From contig CM000436.1 of assembly GCA_000165345.1 (NCBI GenBank), forward strand, positions 64,001 through 128,000: a stretch of DNA of 64,000 nt. Direction: 5' to 3'. Of the stretch, positions 10,265-20,271 are shown in pieces. The position numbers and the translations under genes were made by a program. Each line of letters starts with the position of its first letter. Position 1 is the first letter of the stretch. Below the pieces are notes generated by a model. It did no database searches. It was not told the origin of the DNA and saw only the letters and a list, made by a program, of their open reading frames with translations.

Positions 10265-11830
10265 ATGTCAAATAAGGAGCATGAAGCAAAAGAGCGTTTC
10301 CGTCCAGGAGACATCTTTGAAGGATATTATTTCCCAGGAGTTCTATGTGGTAGAACTTTATGCTACTATAGGGATGTGGTAAGACTACTTAGAGGCTATA
10401 GGAGAAAGATTTTGAGCATGGATAGAGAGATCGATTTCAAGAATCCAGGTACCTTTAAGTTGTTTAGTCAAACATATAGAGAGATGAAGTTTAGTGCAGT
10501 ACAATTCTGTACCGAAATTGAAGAGAAGGAGGAATGCTTTCAGATTCTACTTGGTGTTGTTATTCGTCTTTTTAATAAGAGATTAGAGCTTGATTTACCA
10601 GATAATCATAATACTAATTATCAAAGTGAAAATGTTCCTTGGAAAATTAGTCAAGAAAAGATTAGTGAATTTCAAGCCAATTCCGACAGTTCTAAGGATC
10701 AAAAATCTGGAAATAAGGAAGATATTTTGGATTTGAATGTTAGTATTATGATTATGGACAGTCTCCAGGACACTTTCGATGATAGAAGCAACCACAATCT
10801 AAGAAATACTGACTTTGAAGACCTTCATCACAACGTTACAATCATATATCTGTTATTTTTAATATTTAAATCCCAATACAAAACAGGTTTGGAAGATGGT
10901 CAAGAGGATTCTCAAACTTTTGAATATATGAGAATTCCTGTTACCATTGAGACCTTAGAAACTATTAAAAAAGTTGTTCAAGATTGTGAAATAAAAGGTA
11001 ATTTATTCCCTGAAGTCAAGTTCATTTTGAATACTATGCTCCAAGATGGAATATTCCTAGTTAACTTATATAATGGACCTCAGTATTACTACCAAGATAG
11101 ATACGGTAATCCTTTGATGCCAGATCCTTTAGAAAAGAGGTTTCTAGAAATTGAAGGTGTTATTGACTCTACGGAATCAAACAATAGAGAGTCCAAAAAA
11201 GAAGATGAAAAAATTTTCATGGACTACCTTCAGGACCTGAGGACTCAATTGATACAGAAAATAGAGACATTAAGTCTCCAAGTACAAAAGGAAGAAGAAT
11301 CTAAAGTTATTTTAGAAAGTTTTCAACTACTACTAAAAGATTTGGATGAAAGGATAGCTAAATACGAACTTTTTAAGTTTAATCATTCTCAAAGGCTTAA
11401 TTCTGTTGATTTGAAAATTTCAAAAGATATTCAAAAAAAGGATGATAACAAAAGAAGAAAGATAGATAATGATCACCTATTAGATCAATCTTTAACAGAA
11501 ATAGACCTCAAAAATGGTGAGACACTTCTTCCAAGAATGTCTTTGCCTTTTACTGGTGAAAATAAAAATGAATATGGTGAATGGAAGGACTTGTTTTCCG
11601 AAAAGGATCCAAATCCAGAAGAAATCATAGATGAATCCAAAATAATTCATGAGAACACTGTTCAAATAGAGGAGAAAAACAATAAAGTAAGTGATAAGGC
11701 TTTAGAAGAAAATATAATAACAACAAGATCAAATAACAATTCTGAGACAAATAATGAATCTCAAGCTTTGGAAAATTCACTAATCTCAATATTAAATAGA
11801 ATAGAAGAATTAGTAAATAGGGAGATTTAA
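10265..11830 (+). CDS. Hypothetical protein (521 aa) with an acidic, coiled-coil C-terminal half.
   Basis: ORF with ATG. KE-rich heptad-like segments near QIEEKNNKVSDKALEEN. No family assignment. Confidence 0.5.
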   Translation: MSNKEHEAKERFRPGDIFEGYYFPGVLCGRTLCYYRDVVRLLRGYRRKILSMDREIDFKNPGTFKLFSQTYREMKFSAVQFCTEIEEKEECFQILLGVVIRLFNKRLELDLPDNHNTNYQSENVPWKISQEKISEFQANSDSSKDQKSGNKEDILDLNVSIMIMDSLQDTFDDRSNHNLRNTDFEDLHHNVTIIYLLFLIFKSQYKTGLEDGQEDSQTFEYMRIPVTIETLETIKKVVQDCEIKGNLFPEVKFILNTMLQDGIFLVNLYNGPQYYYQDRYGNPLMPDPLEKRFLEIEGVIDSTESNNRESKKEDEKIFMDYLQDLRTQLIQKIETLSLQVQKEEESKVILESFQLLLKDLDERIAKYELFKFNHSQRLNSVDLKISKDIQKKDDNKRRKIDNDHLLDQSLTEIDLKNGETLLPRMSLPFTGENKNEYGEWKDLFSEKDPNPEEIIDESKIIHENTVQIEEKNNKVSDKALEENIITTRSNNNSETNNESQALENSLISILNRIEELVNREI

Positions 11831-11842
11831 TATATCTAATTT

Positions 11843-13000
11843 CTATAGTTCATCCCTTGTAGATGTTTTGTCTAAAAAGAGGCTGGTCACCTGAATATAT
11901 TTAATGTTAGGTTTTGAGGGATTACTTTTGACTTGTAGCTCGTTTATAGAATAAGGATGGAAAGACTTATAGTTTGAAGGATCTGGATTATCATTATGAT
12001 ATAGAATTTCAAGCATACATGGTTTCCCATATATTGCTTCAGAAAACCCAGTATCTGCCAGTATAAGTTTATTATCACATTTTATGTTAATCCTATTATC
12101 ATGTTGGATTGTATGACCAACAACCATTCTACTTAGACCCAAAATTTGTAATGTCTCATCAACAAGCTTGCAAGCTTTCTCCTCCTCTCCAAGGGAAATA
12201 TCTCTCGTCCAAAGAGGTCCATCCTCCACAAAAAAGAGAGATGAATAAAAGTCACAAAAATCTCCTTCCAATAGGTCATTAGATAATTTGTCTAACTTAT
12301 CCAGACCAAGTTTTGCGTATTTTGGGAGTAAACCTGCATGGACATAAAGGGAATCGTTAACTCTAATAGCAAGCTTCATTGTTCTTAGATATTTACCCAC
12401 AAAACCTTCTTTTGACCATTCAAAAGTTCTGTTATCTCTTCCTCCATAAGTTTGGAAATCTTCATCTGTTACATAATGTAGTTGTCCACATAAATTCATT
12501 ACTTCATGGTTTCCTAAGAGTCCCACAAACTTGCTTCCAAGAGAAGGAGCTTGAGATTTAAGCTTATTGAATAGCTTATAAATTTGTAAAGCGTGGGATC
12601 CTCTATCAACAACATCTCCAAGTTGAATAAGGAGAGTATTCTTTGCAATCCAGTCTAAGTTACTATTAATGACTCCAGAGAGGAATAAACTTGTAATTAA
12701 AGATTTCAGATCTCCATGTATATCTCCAATTACTAGTACCCTTCCTTTCCAGTTGATTTCAACGTCATTAGGTAGAAAGTTAAACTCTTCTTTGAGGATT
12801 GTCTTGGATAATTGAGATGTGGGATTTTTTGATTTTTGTAAGTTTTGAGTGTTTTTACTTTCTAGGTTTTCCTTGTCAAAAGTTTGGTTTTGTTTTTGGA
12901 TTTCATTAGAAATGTGTGAGTTAACACATTTTAAGATTCCTAAATAAAGACACAAAATAATTATATTCGAGAACAATGTTTTTTTAAGAAGTTTTCTCAT
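11843..13000 (-). CDS. Signal-peptide-bearing calcineurin-like metallophosphoesterase of the bacterial-like PPP type (Shewanella-like phosphatase, Shelph).
   Basis: 385 aa. Hydrophobic N-terminus LFSNIIILCLYLGILKCVNS. PPP motifs in order: GDIHGD, GDVVDRG, GNHE. A later HAG (YVHAGL) is also present. Confidence 0.72.
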   Translation of the reverse strand: MRKLLKKTLFSNIIILCLYLGILKCVNSHISNEIQKQNQTFDKENLESKNTQNLQKSKNPTSQLSKTILKEEFNFLPNDVEINWKGRVLVIGDIHGDLKSLITSLFLSGVINSNLDWIAKNTLLIQLGDVVDRGSHALQIYKLFNKLKSQAPSLGSKFVGLLGNHEVMNLCGQLHYVTDEDFQTYGGRDNRTFEWSKEGFVGKYLRTMKLAIRVNDSLYVHAGLLPKYAKLGLDKLDKLSNDLLEGDFCDFYSSLFFVEDGPLWTRDISLGEEEKACKLVDETLQILGLSRMVVGHTIQHDNRINIKCDNKLILADTGFSEAIYGKPCMLEILYHNDNPDPSNYKSFHPYSINELQVKSNPSKPNIKYIQVTSLFLDKTSTRDEL

Positions 13001-13449
13001 TTGTCAAGAAAACTAGAGTTATTTTCTGTAAGAGTTTAAGTAAAAGAAAATTTAAGAAAAATATACTCTAAGATCCTTGGAGAAAATAAACATTAGTAAT
13101 ATTGATACCCCAAAGTTACCGCACAAAAGAAGCAAAATGAGAAATAATGATGTAAAAAATATAAAAACTTTAAAATGAGTTACTTATGATTATAGTCAGA
13201 TAAAATTAGTACAAAAAAAGTACTTATCTAGCCTTCCTTGACTCCAACTTATCGGAGATTGGGGTGGAAGGTGGACCCATATTCTGCCATTCTCCCTTTT
13301 CCTGAAGAAAAGCTCTGTAAATATAGGAAAAGAATAAGGAATAAAAAGGTTTATAAATAGTATTAGAGGTAGATTGAGTGTATTTATTTCAAAAAGTGAG
13401 AGTTTTAGGAAATATGTTTGGGAGTGTTGACTTCCAATGCATACATAAC

Positions 13450-13740
13450 TTACCTATATACATATATTCCACAAATGATATTTACCAATATGACTGAGAA
13501 AACTGCAGAAACAACTGAGATGGACTGCTCTGGAAGGAATTTCCTGAGAAAAATTGGTGACAAAAAGAATAACCCACACGGAAGAAAGACTAGGGAGATT
13601 GTAAACAAGACAAACTCAGTGAGAACTTTCTTGTTGGAAGATTCTTTCAGTACCTTAGAAATCCCAAATGGAGCAGGACCTACGCAAGAGTCGATAGATT
13701 TGGCTTGTTCCTTTGACATTCCTTCAAATATTTTCAACAA
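13450..13740 (-). CDS. Small hypothetical membrane protein (96 aa; about 40 aa soluble N-terminus plus two predicted TM helices).
   Basis: Three overlapping small ORFs lie here. The minus-strand one was chosen. It is divergent from AC40, with the shared E2F double box at 13863-13884 about 125 bp upstream. It has clean hydrophobic segments (LTEFVLFTISLVFLPCGLFFL and VVSAVFSVILVNIICGIYVY). Confidence 0.3.
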   Translation of the reverse strand: MLKIFEGMSKEQAKSIDSCVGPAPFGISKVLKESSNKKVLTEFVLFTISLVFLPCGLFFLSPIFLRKFLPEQSISVVSAVFSVILVNIICGIYVYR

Positions 13741-13862
13741 ACAAAAATATTGATTATTCTATTAACACAAAGCCTATCTTTCCAGAAGTTTCTCGACCTA
13801 ATTAATTTAACGACCTTCCCCCAATTTATTTGCCCCTGCATTTTGGCCATACCGGAGCAGGA

Positions 13863-13884
13863 GGCCCGCCAATAGGCGCCAAAA
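13863..13884. promoter_or_regulatory. Tandem E2F-like boxes GGCCCGCCAATAGGCGCCAAAA in a bidirectional promoter serving the small minus-strand gene and AC40.
   Basis: Direct match (CCCGCC half box plus GGCGCCAAAA). Confidence 0.5.
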
Positions 13885-14050
13885 TTATGAAAATTAAAAG
13901 TCATAGATAGAAACAAGAAAAGAAATATAGATTCGAGGAGAAGTTCAAGAGAAGAGTCGAGCTGGGGCAAAGAGGAATTGGGAATTAAGAATTAGAGAGT
14001 GAAATTCAAGACAAGTATACGGAGGGAATAGGAAGAAGAACCAGTTCGAG

Positions 14051-15085
14051 ATGGTTTCAGAGAAGAAAGAAAGGAACAATAGATATTTAGAATGTACGAC
14101 AGAAGGCCCGAGAAATGTAGGAGGATATGGTTACATAGGAAGCAATGAGTTAAATTCAATTATTAAGGGAGACAATTATAGAAAACAAACGGTTGAGGAA
14201 ATAATAGAAACGATCGATATAAAAGTGAACGAGCTTAAGAGTGATTATATTAACTTTGACATTTCTGGAATAGATGCATCCATAGCAAACGCTCTTAGAA
14301 GGATTTTATTGGTAGAAATTCCAACAGTAGCGATCGAAACGGTCCAAATTTACCAGAATAATGGAGTAATTCAGGATGAGGTTTTAGCTCACAGACTCGG
14401 ACTAATCCCAATGCTAATCGATCCAAATACAATCGAATTTAGAAATGAAGATGAAGACCTCAATGAAAAGAATAGTGTTTGTTTCAAACTGAATGTGAAA
14501 TGTACTAAAGATGATATAAATCACGAAAAAGGAATCACAAGTAAAGCAATTTACTCGAAAGATTTGGTATGGATTCCACTTAGTGATAATCAAAGGAAAA
14601 AGTTTGGAAAGACTCCCCCAAAAGTTGTTACTGATGATATATTAATTACAAAACTTAGACCTGGCCAATCAATTGAGGCAATTCTTTACTGTGAAAAAAA
14701 TATTGGGAGAGTTCATGCAAAATGGAGTCCTGTTTGTACTGCAAGTTACCGTCTTTTACCTGAATTTGGTTTCCCAAATGGCCCTATTTCTGGCTCGGAT
14801 GCACTTAAGCTAAGAGATACAGTATGTCCTATGAAAGTTTTTGATATTGAAGATGTTACTGGCAATGCTGTCCCTACTAACCCAAGAAACTGTACCACCT
14901 GTAGAGCATGTATTGAAAAATTTCCAAATAAGATAAAGCTCTTAAAGGACAAGTTTCACTTTATTTTTTCGATTGAAACCACAGGATGTATTCCTCCTGT
15001 TGAACTGGTTAAAACTGCCATAGATATTTTGCGAAAGAAGGGTGAGAAGATTAAGAGTTCCGTAAAGTTGTTTTATGAGCAGTGA
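14051..15085 (+). CDS. RPAC1: RNA polymerase I/III shared subunit AC40 (RPAC1; Rpb3/alpha-like).
   Basis: 344 aa. Alpha-like dimerisation motifs DASIANALRRILLVEIPTVAIE and DEVLAHRLGLIP, then HAKWSPV. Overall RPB3/AC40 layout. Confidence 0.8.
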   Translation: MVSEKKERNNRYLECTTEGPRNVGGYGYIGSNELNSIIKGDNYRKQTVEEIIETIDIKVNELKSDYINFDISGIDASIANALRRILLVEIPTVAIETVQIYQNNGVIQDEVLAHRLGLIPMLIDPNTIEFRNEDEDLNEKNSVCFKLNVKCTKDDINHEKGITSKAIYSKDLVWIPLSDNQRKKFGKTPPKVVTDDILITKLRPGQSIEAILYCEKNIGRVHAKWSPVCTASYRLLPEFGFPNGPISGSDALKLRDTVCPMKVFDIEDVTGNAVPTNPRNCTTCRACIEKFPNKIKLLKDKFHFIFSIETTGCIPPVELVKTAIDILRKKGEKIKSSVKLFYEQ

Positions 15086-15250
15086 TAACTGTAAACAAAA
15101 CATGTTCAATCCTCTTCCTCTTATTAATCATATGGACTATTTGTTTCCTCATTTTTATAGTTTGATATATATAGTTTTTCATTAATTCATATTCATTTAC
15201 ATCTTTAATTACGCGTTTTACTCTTTTCTAATTAAATTTTCCATTATTTC

Positions 15251-15943
15251 TTAAGCTCCTTTATTTTTCCCCCCAATTTTCTTAAATAAACCACTATCTA
15301 TAAAGAACCTACTTGTATATTCTAAATATACTTCTGAAAACATTGTCTCACTCACCAAGTGAACTTTTATTAAAGGATTTGAACTACCCATTAAGTTTAT
15401 TACTTTCTCTTCTTGATTAATTTTATTCACTTGTTCATTTTCTTTCTTAACACTGCCCCTTTCATATCCAGACTCTGGATACAATTTAGGATCAGTATCC
15501 AATGAATTAATAATAATATCAGATATATACATTGAATCCAACAAATAATATGCAAGCTCGTGCTTACACGTAATCTCTTTCTTTTGCAACACTACTTTGT
15601 CTATGTAAGAATGGCACGTACAAAAATGTCTCATGACCAGATAACTCATATCTTGTCCTTTTGTAGTTGCCTCCATAATATAAAATCTTCTACAGGATTT
15701 CCTTTCAATATAAACATCAATCTTTCCATGATCTATAAGAGAAATTGCTTTTTCAACCAAACCTGGATATATCTCCGAAATGGTCTGTAAGATTTTCAAG
15801 TTAAAGTCCATAATAGAATTTTCATGGTCTTCTGGTTGAAAATCAAGTCTTGCATTTACCGGTTTCAACTCACTTACTAAACACAAAAGCGAATTAATGT
15901 GATCTTGGTTTTTGATTGTACAATACTTGAGCATGCAAGACAT
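15251..15943 (-). CDS. Small SWIM-type zinc-finger protein (Sws1/ZSWIM7-like candidate).
   Basis: 230 aa. CxCxnCxH signature FCTCHSYIDKVVLQKKEITCKHELA. No other domain. Confidence 0.5.
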   Translation of the reverse strand: MSCMLKYCTIKNQDHINSLLCLVSELKPVNARLDFQPEDHENSIMDFNLKILQTISEIYPGLVEKAISLIDHGKIDVYIERKSCRRFYIMEATTKGQDMSYLVMRHFCTCHSYIDKVVLQKKEITCKHELAYYLLDSMYISDIIINSLDTDPKLYPESGYERGSVKKENEQVNKINQEEKVINLMGSSNPLIKVHLVSETMFSEVYLEYTSRFFIDSGLFKKIGGKNKGA

Positions 15944-16085
15944 TCTTATCTTTTCTTAATATCATATAGAAACTATCAATATATAATTACTAACAAAAAT
16001 CGAAGAGTTTTAATCACTTTCATTCATTCTGTAGTCTTGTAAAATGTTTTAACATTCCATGCATTTAAAGAAAAGTTCAAACGTG

Positions 16086-16097
16086 TTTTGGCGGGCC
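16086..16097. promoter_or_regulatory. E2F-like box TTTTGGCGGGCC about 145 bp upstream of the SWIM-finger gene.
   Basis: Direct match. Confidence 0.45.
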
Positions 16098-16500
16098 TTT
16101 ATTTAAAATTAGTATGTTACAAAGTAAAAATAGAGAATTTACACAATAAGTTTGGGAATAATTTTTTTTCAAAACAAATGGTGCATTTCTTCTTATTTAA
16201 CTTATAAATCCTGATTGTTTTCCATTAAACTGTGAGGATTCTTGTATTTTTTGTTGTGCAGCTACTTAATCCCGCCCCAGCTTAGGATTTGATTATCATA
16301 TCCCAGTAAGTTAGAAAATATCAATGAGCTGAATTGAAACATAGTAGTAATAAAGTAATCCCTTTTTTAATACGTTGTTAAATGATTAAATGTGAAATAA
16401 GTGGAGTAACTTACATTTGATGTATTGATAGTTCTTTATAATGCACAATAAACTTTAAAATCAAAATATGTTTGGCTTGGCGTTTTATTCATGCATTTAC

Positions 16501-18132
16501 TTAACAATAACAGGCAGGGCTTGGTCTTATTCTGTTTAAATGATCAATAGTTCCTGTAGTTCTAACAAAAACAGGATGGCTCCTCTTTTTATTCATTTGT
16601 TTTCCATTTTTCCACATGCATCCTCCATTAGTTGGGTTGGGATCAATAAATTCACCATTCTGTTTCATTTGATAGAATGCATTTGGATTTGTATCGAGGA
16701 GATATTTTTTTCTTAATTCTTCTAACTGTTTCTTGTATTCAAAGTACCCTGGAGGAAAGACAATGGTTTCATAAACCATTGGTTTAAATACTTCATTTGC
16801 ACTGGAGTAGTTTTGTCTAATATGCTTCTCAGCCTCTAAGGCACCGTATTCACCAGAACAATACATTAATGTCTTGGCTGGATTTAAGCATGAAGCTGAA
16901 TCTGCAAACGTATCATCTCTTGCAAAGTCATGAACAGAATTCTTATATCTATTTGGCACACTATAGCAGTTAAGAGATTCCGAATTGTATTGATTATTCA
17001 TTCGTTGAGGAATACAGTTATCAAATGGATTTAAGGTTGTTGAATTTGTAAAGGTTGGTCTACCAGCACTAGAGCTTCTTCCATAATTTGGAGCCGAGTA
17101 TAGTTCTTCTCTGTTATAGTAGTTATCTCCATAGTTTTGTAAGTATTCTCCCTTGTAATGGGTAATATTGGAATTGTAAGGGACATTGGATTTTCCAGCC
17201 ATGAAATTTTTAACATTTGGTGGCGGATTTGATGGTGCATTTTGAGTAACTCTTCTAGTTGGATTTCTTTTTTGTGGAAATTGATCAAAGTTTGGTTGTC
17301 GCTCTGGAAGTCTTTCTTGGGGTTGATAAAAAGATTGGTTGATATTATCTCTCAAATGTCCGTCATCAGAATCAATTGAAAATGGGTATGGTACTGTTGG
17401 ATATTCAGTTTTATTATTTGGGTAATTTGAATAGCAACCTGTAAAACTGGGTCTTGAAGCATAATCTTCAGGTACCTTGTGTCTCTCAATATCAGAATTA
17501 GACTGATTGCTCCTTTGAGCTGTTGTTACACTGCTACTTCGTCTTGGAATTCCAGAATTACTAGCGTTCATTTCATTAATTGACTTTTTTGATCTAGAAT
17601 TTGCGGGGTTATTTCCTGCTGTGCTTGAAACACTACCTAATGACCTTCTATTTGGGATGGAATTTCCATTTTGTCTCTGAAATCTGTCTAATTCGTTTGA
17701 TCCTAATCCTGTTTTAGAGGGCATTTTCCTGGTGCTACTTGTCAGATTCTGTTGAGGTGGCTGGCTCTTATTTCTAAGAGACTCAAAAGACCTTCTTTTT
17801 GGTCTTAAAGTTGCTGAATTCATTACTGTTTGGCTTCCAGGAATAGACTTATTTTCTCCTTGAATTATATTTCTTGTTAAGTCTCTGGTTCTGGGTGTAA
17901 TTACTGGAACAGGAACTGGTATAGGATAAGAATGGTCACCAATTGGAGTTAATTTGTGGGAGTTATTTCTGCCATTTGAATGCATCATTTCGTCATAAAT
18001 ATCTGTTAAAGGAACTCCCGGAGTACCCATAGGTACTACCTTAGCATCCTTACCATTAGATGGCCATATTCCTGCATATCCTAAATGCTCACTGTCCATA
18101 GCATCTAACTTATTTTTATTTGAGTAGTTCAT
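16501..18132 (-). CDS. Hypothetical low-complexity protein (543 aa; N/S/P/R-rich) with a more conserved-looking C-terminal ~120 aa containing several Cys.
   Basis: Long ORF with ATG. Strong compositional bias. C-terminus ...GGCMWKNGKQMNKKRSHPVFVRTTGTIDHLNRIRPSPACYC. Confidence 0.5.
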   Translation of the reverse strand: MNYSNKNKLDAMDSEHLGYAGIWPSNGKDAKVVPMGTPGVPLTDIYDEMMHSNGRNNSHKLTPIGDHSYPIPVPVPVITPRTRDLTRNIIQGENKSIPGSQTVMNSATLRPKRRSFESLRNKSQPPQQNLTSSTRKMPSKTGLGSNELDRFQRQNGNSIPNRRSLGSVSSTAGNNPANSRSKKSINEMNASNSGIPRRSSSVTTAQRSNQSNSDIERHKVPEDYASRPSFTGCYSNYPNNKTEYPTVPYPFSIDSDDGHLRDNINQSFYQPQERLPERQPNFDQFPQKRNPTRRVTQNAPSNPPPNVKNFMAGKSNVPYNSNITHYKGEYLQNYGDNYYNREELYSAPNYGRSSSAGRPTFTNSTTLNPFDNCIPQRMNNQYNSESLNCYSVPNRYKNSVHDFARDDTFADSASCLNPAKTLMYCSGEYGALEAEKHIRQNYSSANEVFKPMVYETIVFPPGYFEYKKQLEELRKKYLLDTNPNAFYQMKQNGEFIDPNPTNGGCMWKNGKQMNKKRSHPVFVRTTGTIDHLNRIRPSPACYC

Positions 18133-19268
18133 TGTTTATTAATACTTAACTTATTACTCCCTAAATTAAATGTAATTTTTGTCAAGTTTTCTTCTCAAAT
18201 TAACATATGAATGTATAATTTGTAGAGTCCTTTGAATTAGCTCCAAATTAATCAAGAGGATGCTATCATCTAATTTTAATTATGTTTCTCAGCTTGGTTT
18301 TTTCTTTCCTTGACTATTAACTTTTTCCATAACTTTTTACATGTAATTTTCTTTTCAAAGAGACATGTACATAATTTGCACACATACCAATATGTATTAT
18401 CACTGGAATAACTCAATAATATAATTATGGTTTAAATTCTTTAAACACTCAGCAGTAATTTTTATGCATTTTTGCGTTTATTTGAGTAATCGATTAGTTG
18501 GTTTCCTAAAGATGTCCTTTTTTATGTTATGAATGTAAGAAAAAATGACTTATATCTCTCAATTATGATGTCTTGTTTATTCTTCAATCCAGGAAATATC
18601 TAATTCAAAATATTTTCTCGTTTCTTTAGTTTCTTTGGAAAAATATGGTAATTTGTTTTAACGTTGGATTACTTTTTTTTTTTTTTTTAATGATTAATTT
18701 TACGCAACTTGCATGCAAACACGTAATTGCAAGTTTTGTTACCGGTATTTACATGCGAACTTTCCACATAAAATTATCACTAAGGAATATCAGTGAAATT
18801 AAAGTTGAAGAAGATTGATTGAAAAAAAAAATCTAAAAATATGTGTTTTCAAGTGATAAGTTATTAAAATTACAAGTTTGATAGAGAAATATAAAATCGA
18901 AATGCCAATAAAAAAATCTTCATACTATTCTACTTAAAAGATTAATATAACAAACAGCCAGGAATTACACAAAAATAAATATTTGATAATTAGTAACTAA
19001 GTTTTTTTTAGAAATCGTATAATTTCTCATATTTATTTTCTGTAATGATTAAAAAGATCCATTTGTGTGGCGCCTTGCCCACGTAAGTGGATTTGTATAT
19101 ATGTAAAATTACATGCGTAATAAATAAAGCATAGGAAAAGGAAGAAATCGAATATTGAAGTATTTAGGTTTAAATATTTAACTTGAACAATTTTCAAGCA
19201 TTCAATACTCACATCCAGACGCACAGTTTATTTGTTAGATATAGTAGGTAATTTCTAATTTCGATTCA

Positions 19269-19812
19269 ATGGAAGAACAAGGTAGGTTTGATTATGCAAA
19301 TTTGTGAATGCAACTAATTATCTACAATTTAATTATTTTGAAAATATAAAGCAAGCACAAGTCAAAATCAAGTTCCAGCTTCTGTACTTTATCAGTCTCA
19401 AGTCAATCAAATGGGCCCAAACGGTGGAATGGGTATGGTTCAACAGGTTCCTGGACAATATTACCAGCCTCAACATGTTCCAGGGTTCAATCAATATGCA
19501 GGTTTAATGAGACCAGAGGGATTTCCAGTTTATACAACTCAATGGCCGAGCGCATTCCATGGAGGAGATCCAACTCAGGTTCAAGCACCCATACAAACTC
19601 AATATTTACCTAGCGAAACCCCTGTATATTATGCATCAGCACAATGGGATACTCAATCTTACCTCCCTATGAGCTATTATGCAGGAGCTTATGACCCAAA
19701 TGGAATGGCTTATCCATTCCCTCAATCTGGCTCCTTCCAATACGTACAAGATGGTCCAGTCATTCCAAGAAAGAGAGGTGCAAAGAAACGTTTATTCAAG
19801 TTTTGTTGCTAA
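19269..19812 (+). CDS. Q/Y/P-rich low-complexity protein with a basic C-terminus ending KKRLFKFCC. Proposed as two exons, join(19269..19281, 19352..19812); the 5' micro-exon is tentative.
   Basis: Main ORF 19411..19812. Upstream, ATGGAAGAACAAG is followed by GTAGGT and an ...ATAAAG acceptor. Splicing 19281 to 19352 gives an in-frame stop-free extension MEEQ-A-STSQNQVPASVLYQSQVNQ-MGPNGG. Confidence 0.35.
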
Positions 19813-20080
19813 CCATCAACTTTTTTTGGAGGATATGCGCATAATTTGCTGTAATACAACAAGGAATTGTTTCAGAATGCATGGAATTCTATTCTGTGTA
19901 AATATAAAGTGTTAGAATAAATTGAAGTATAGTATTTTTGATTCATGAAAAATCTTTCGGAATAAATTGGGGTAGGACCCAACTGAATGGTATTTTACCA
20001 TTTATTTTCACTCTATTTATTAATTTGTTCATTTATAATTTCTACATGTTTTTGAGTTGACCAAACTTAACATATATTCG

Positions 20081-20092
20081 TTTTGGCGGCCA
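20081..20092. promoter_or_regulatory. E2F-like box TTTTGGCGGCCA about 180 bp upstream of the RNase-PH-like exosome gene.
   Basis: Direct match. Confidence 0.45.
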
Positions 20093-20271
20093 TCTTTTTT
20101 TTTCTTACACGGCCGGAAATTGAGAGGTCGCTTTTTCTGAAAGTTACAAAATTATACATCTTAAGCGGATAATCGTGCAAAATTGAACATAGTTATACTC
20201 ATCAATATTACTTATAATTTGTTTAACTGAATTCTTTTCGTTTGGGAATATATTGTGACTTTTTAAAATCA

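Noticed and set aside
13418-13970. Plus-strand 111-aa ORF and minus-strand 78-aa ORF overlapping the small membrane-protein ORF
   Set aside because: All three overlap. The minus-strand 96-aa ORF has clean TM helices and the right orientation for the shared E2F promoter at 13863-13884. The others have no features. All remain low confidence.
19304-19507. 67-aa plus-strand ORF overlapping the start of the Q/Y/P-rich gene
   Set aside because: Different frame from the long ORF. Its apparent continuity is what flagged the possible upstream micro-exon, but the ORF itself is not a gene.
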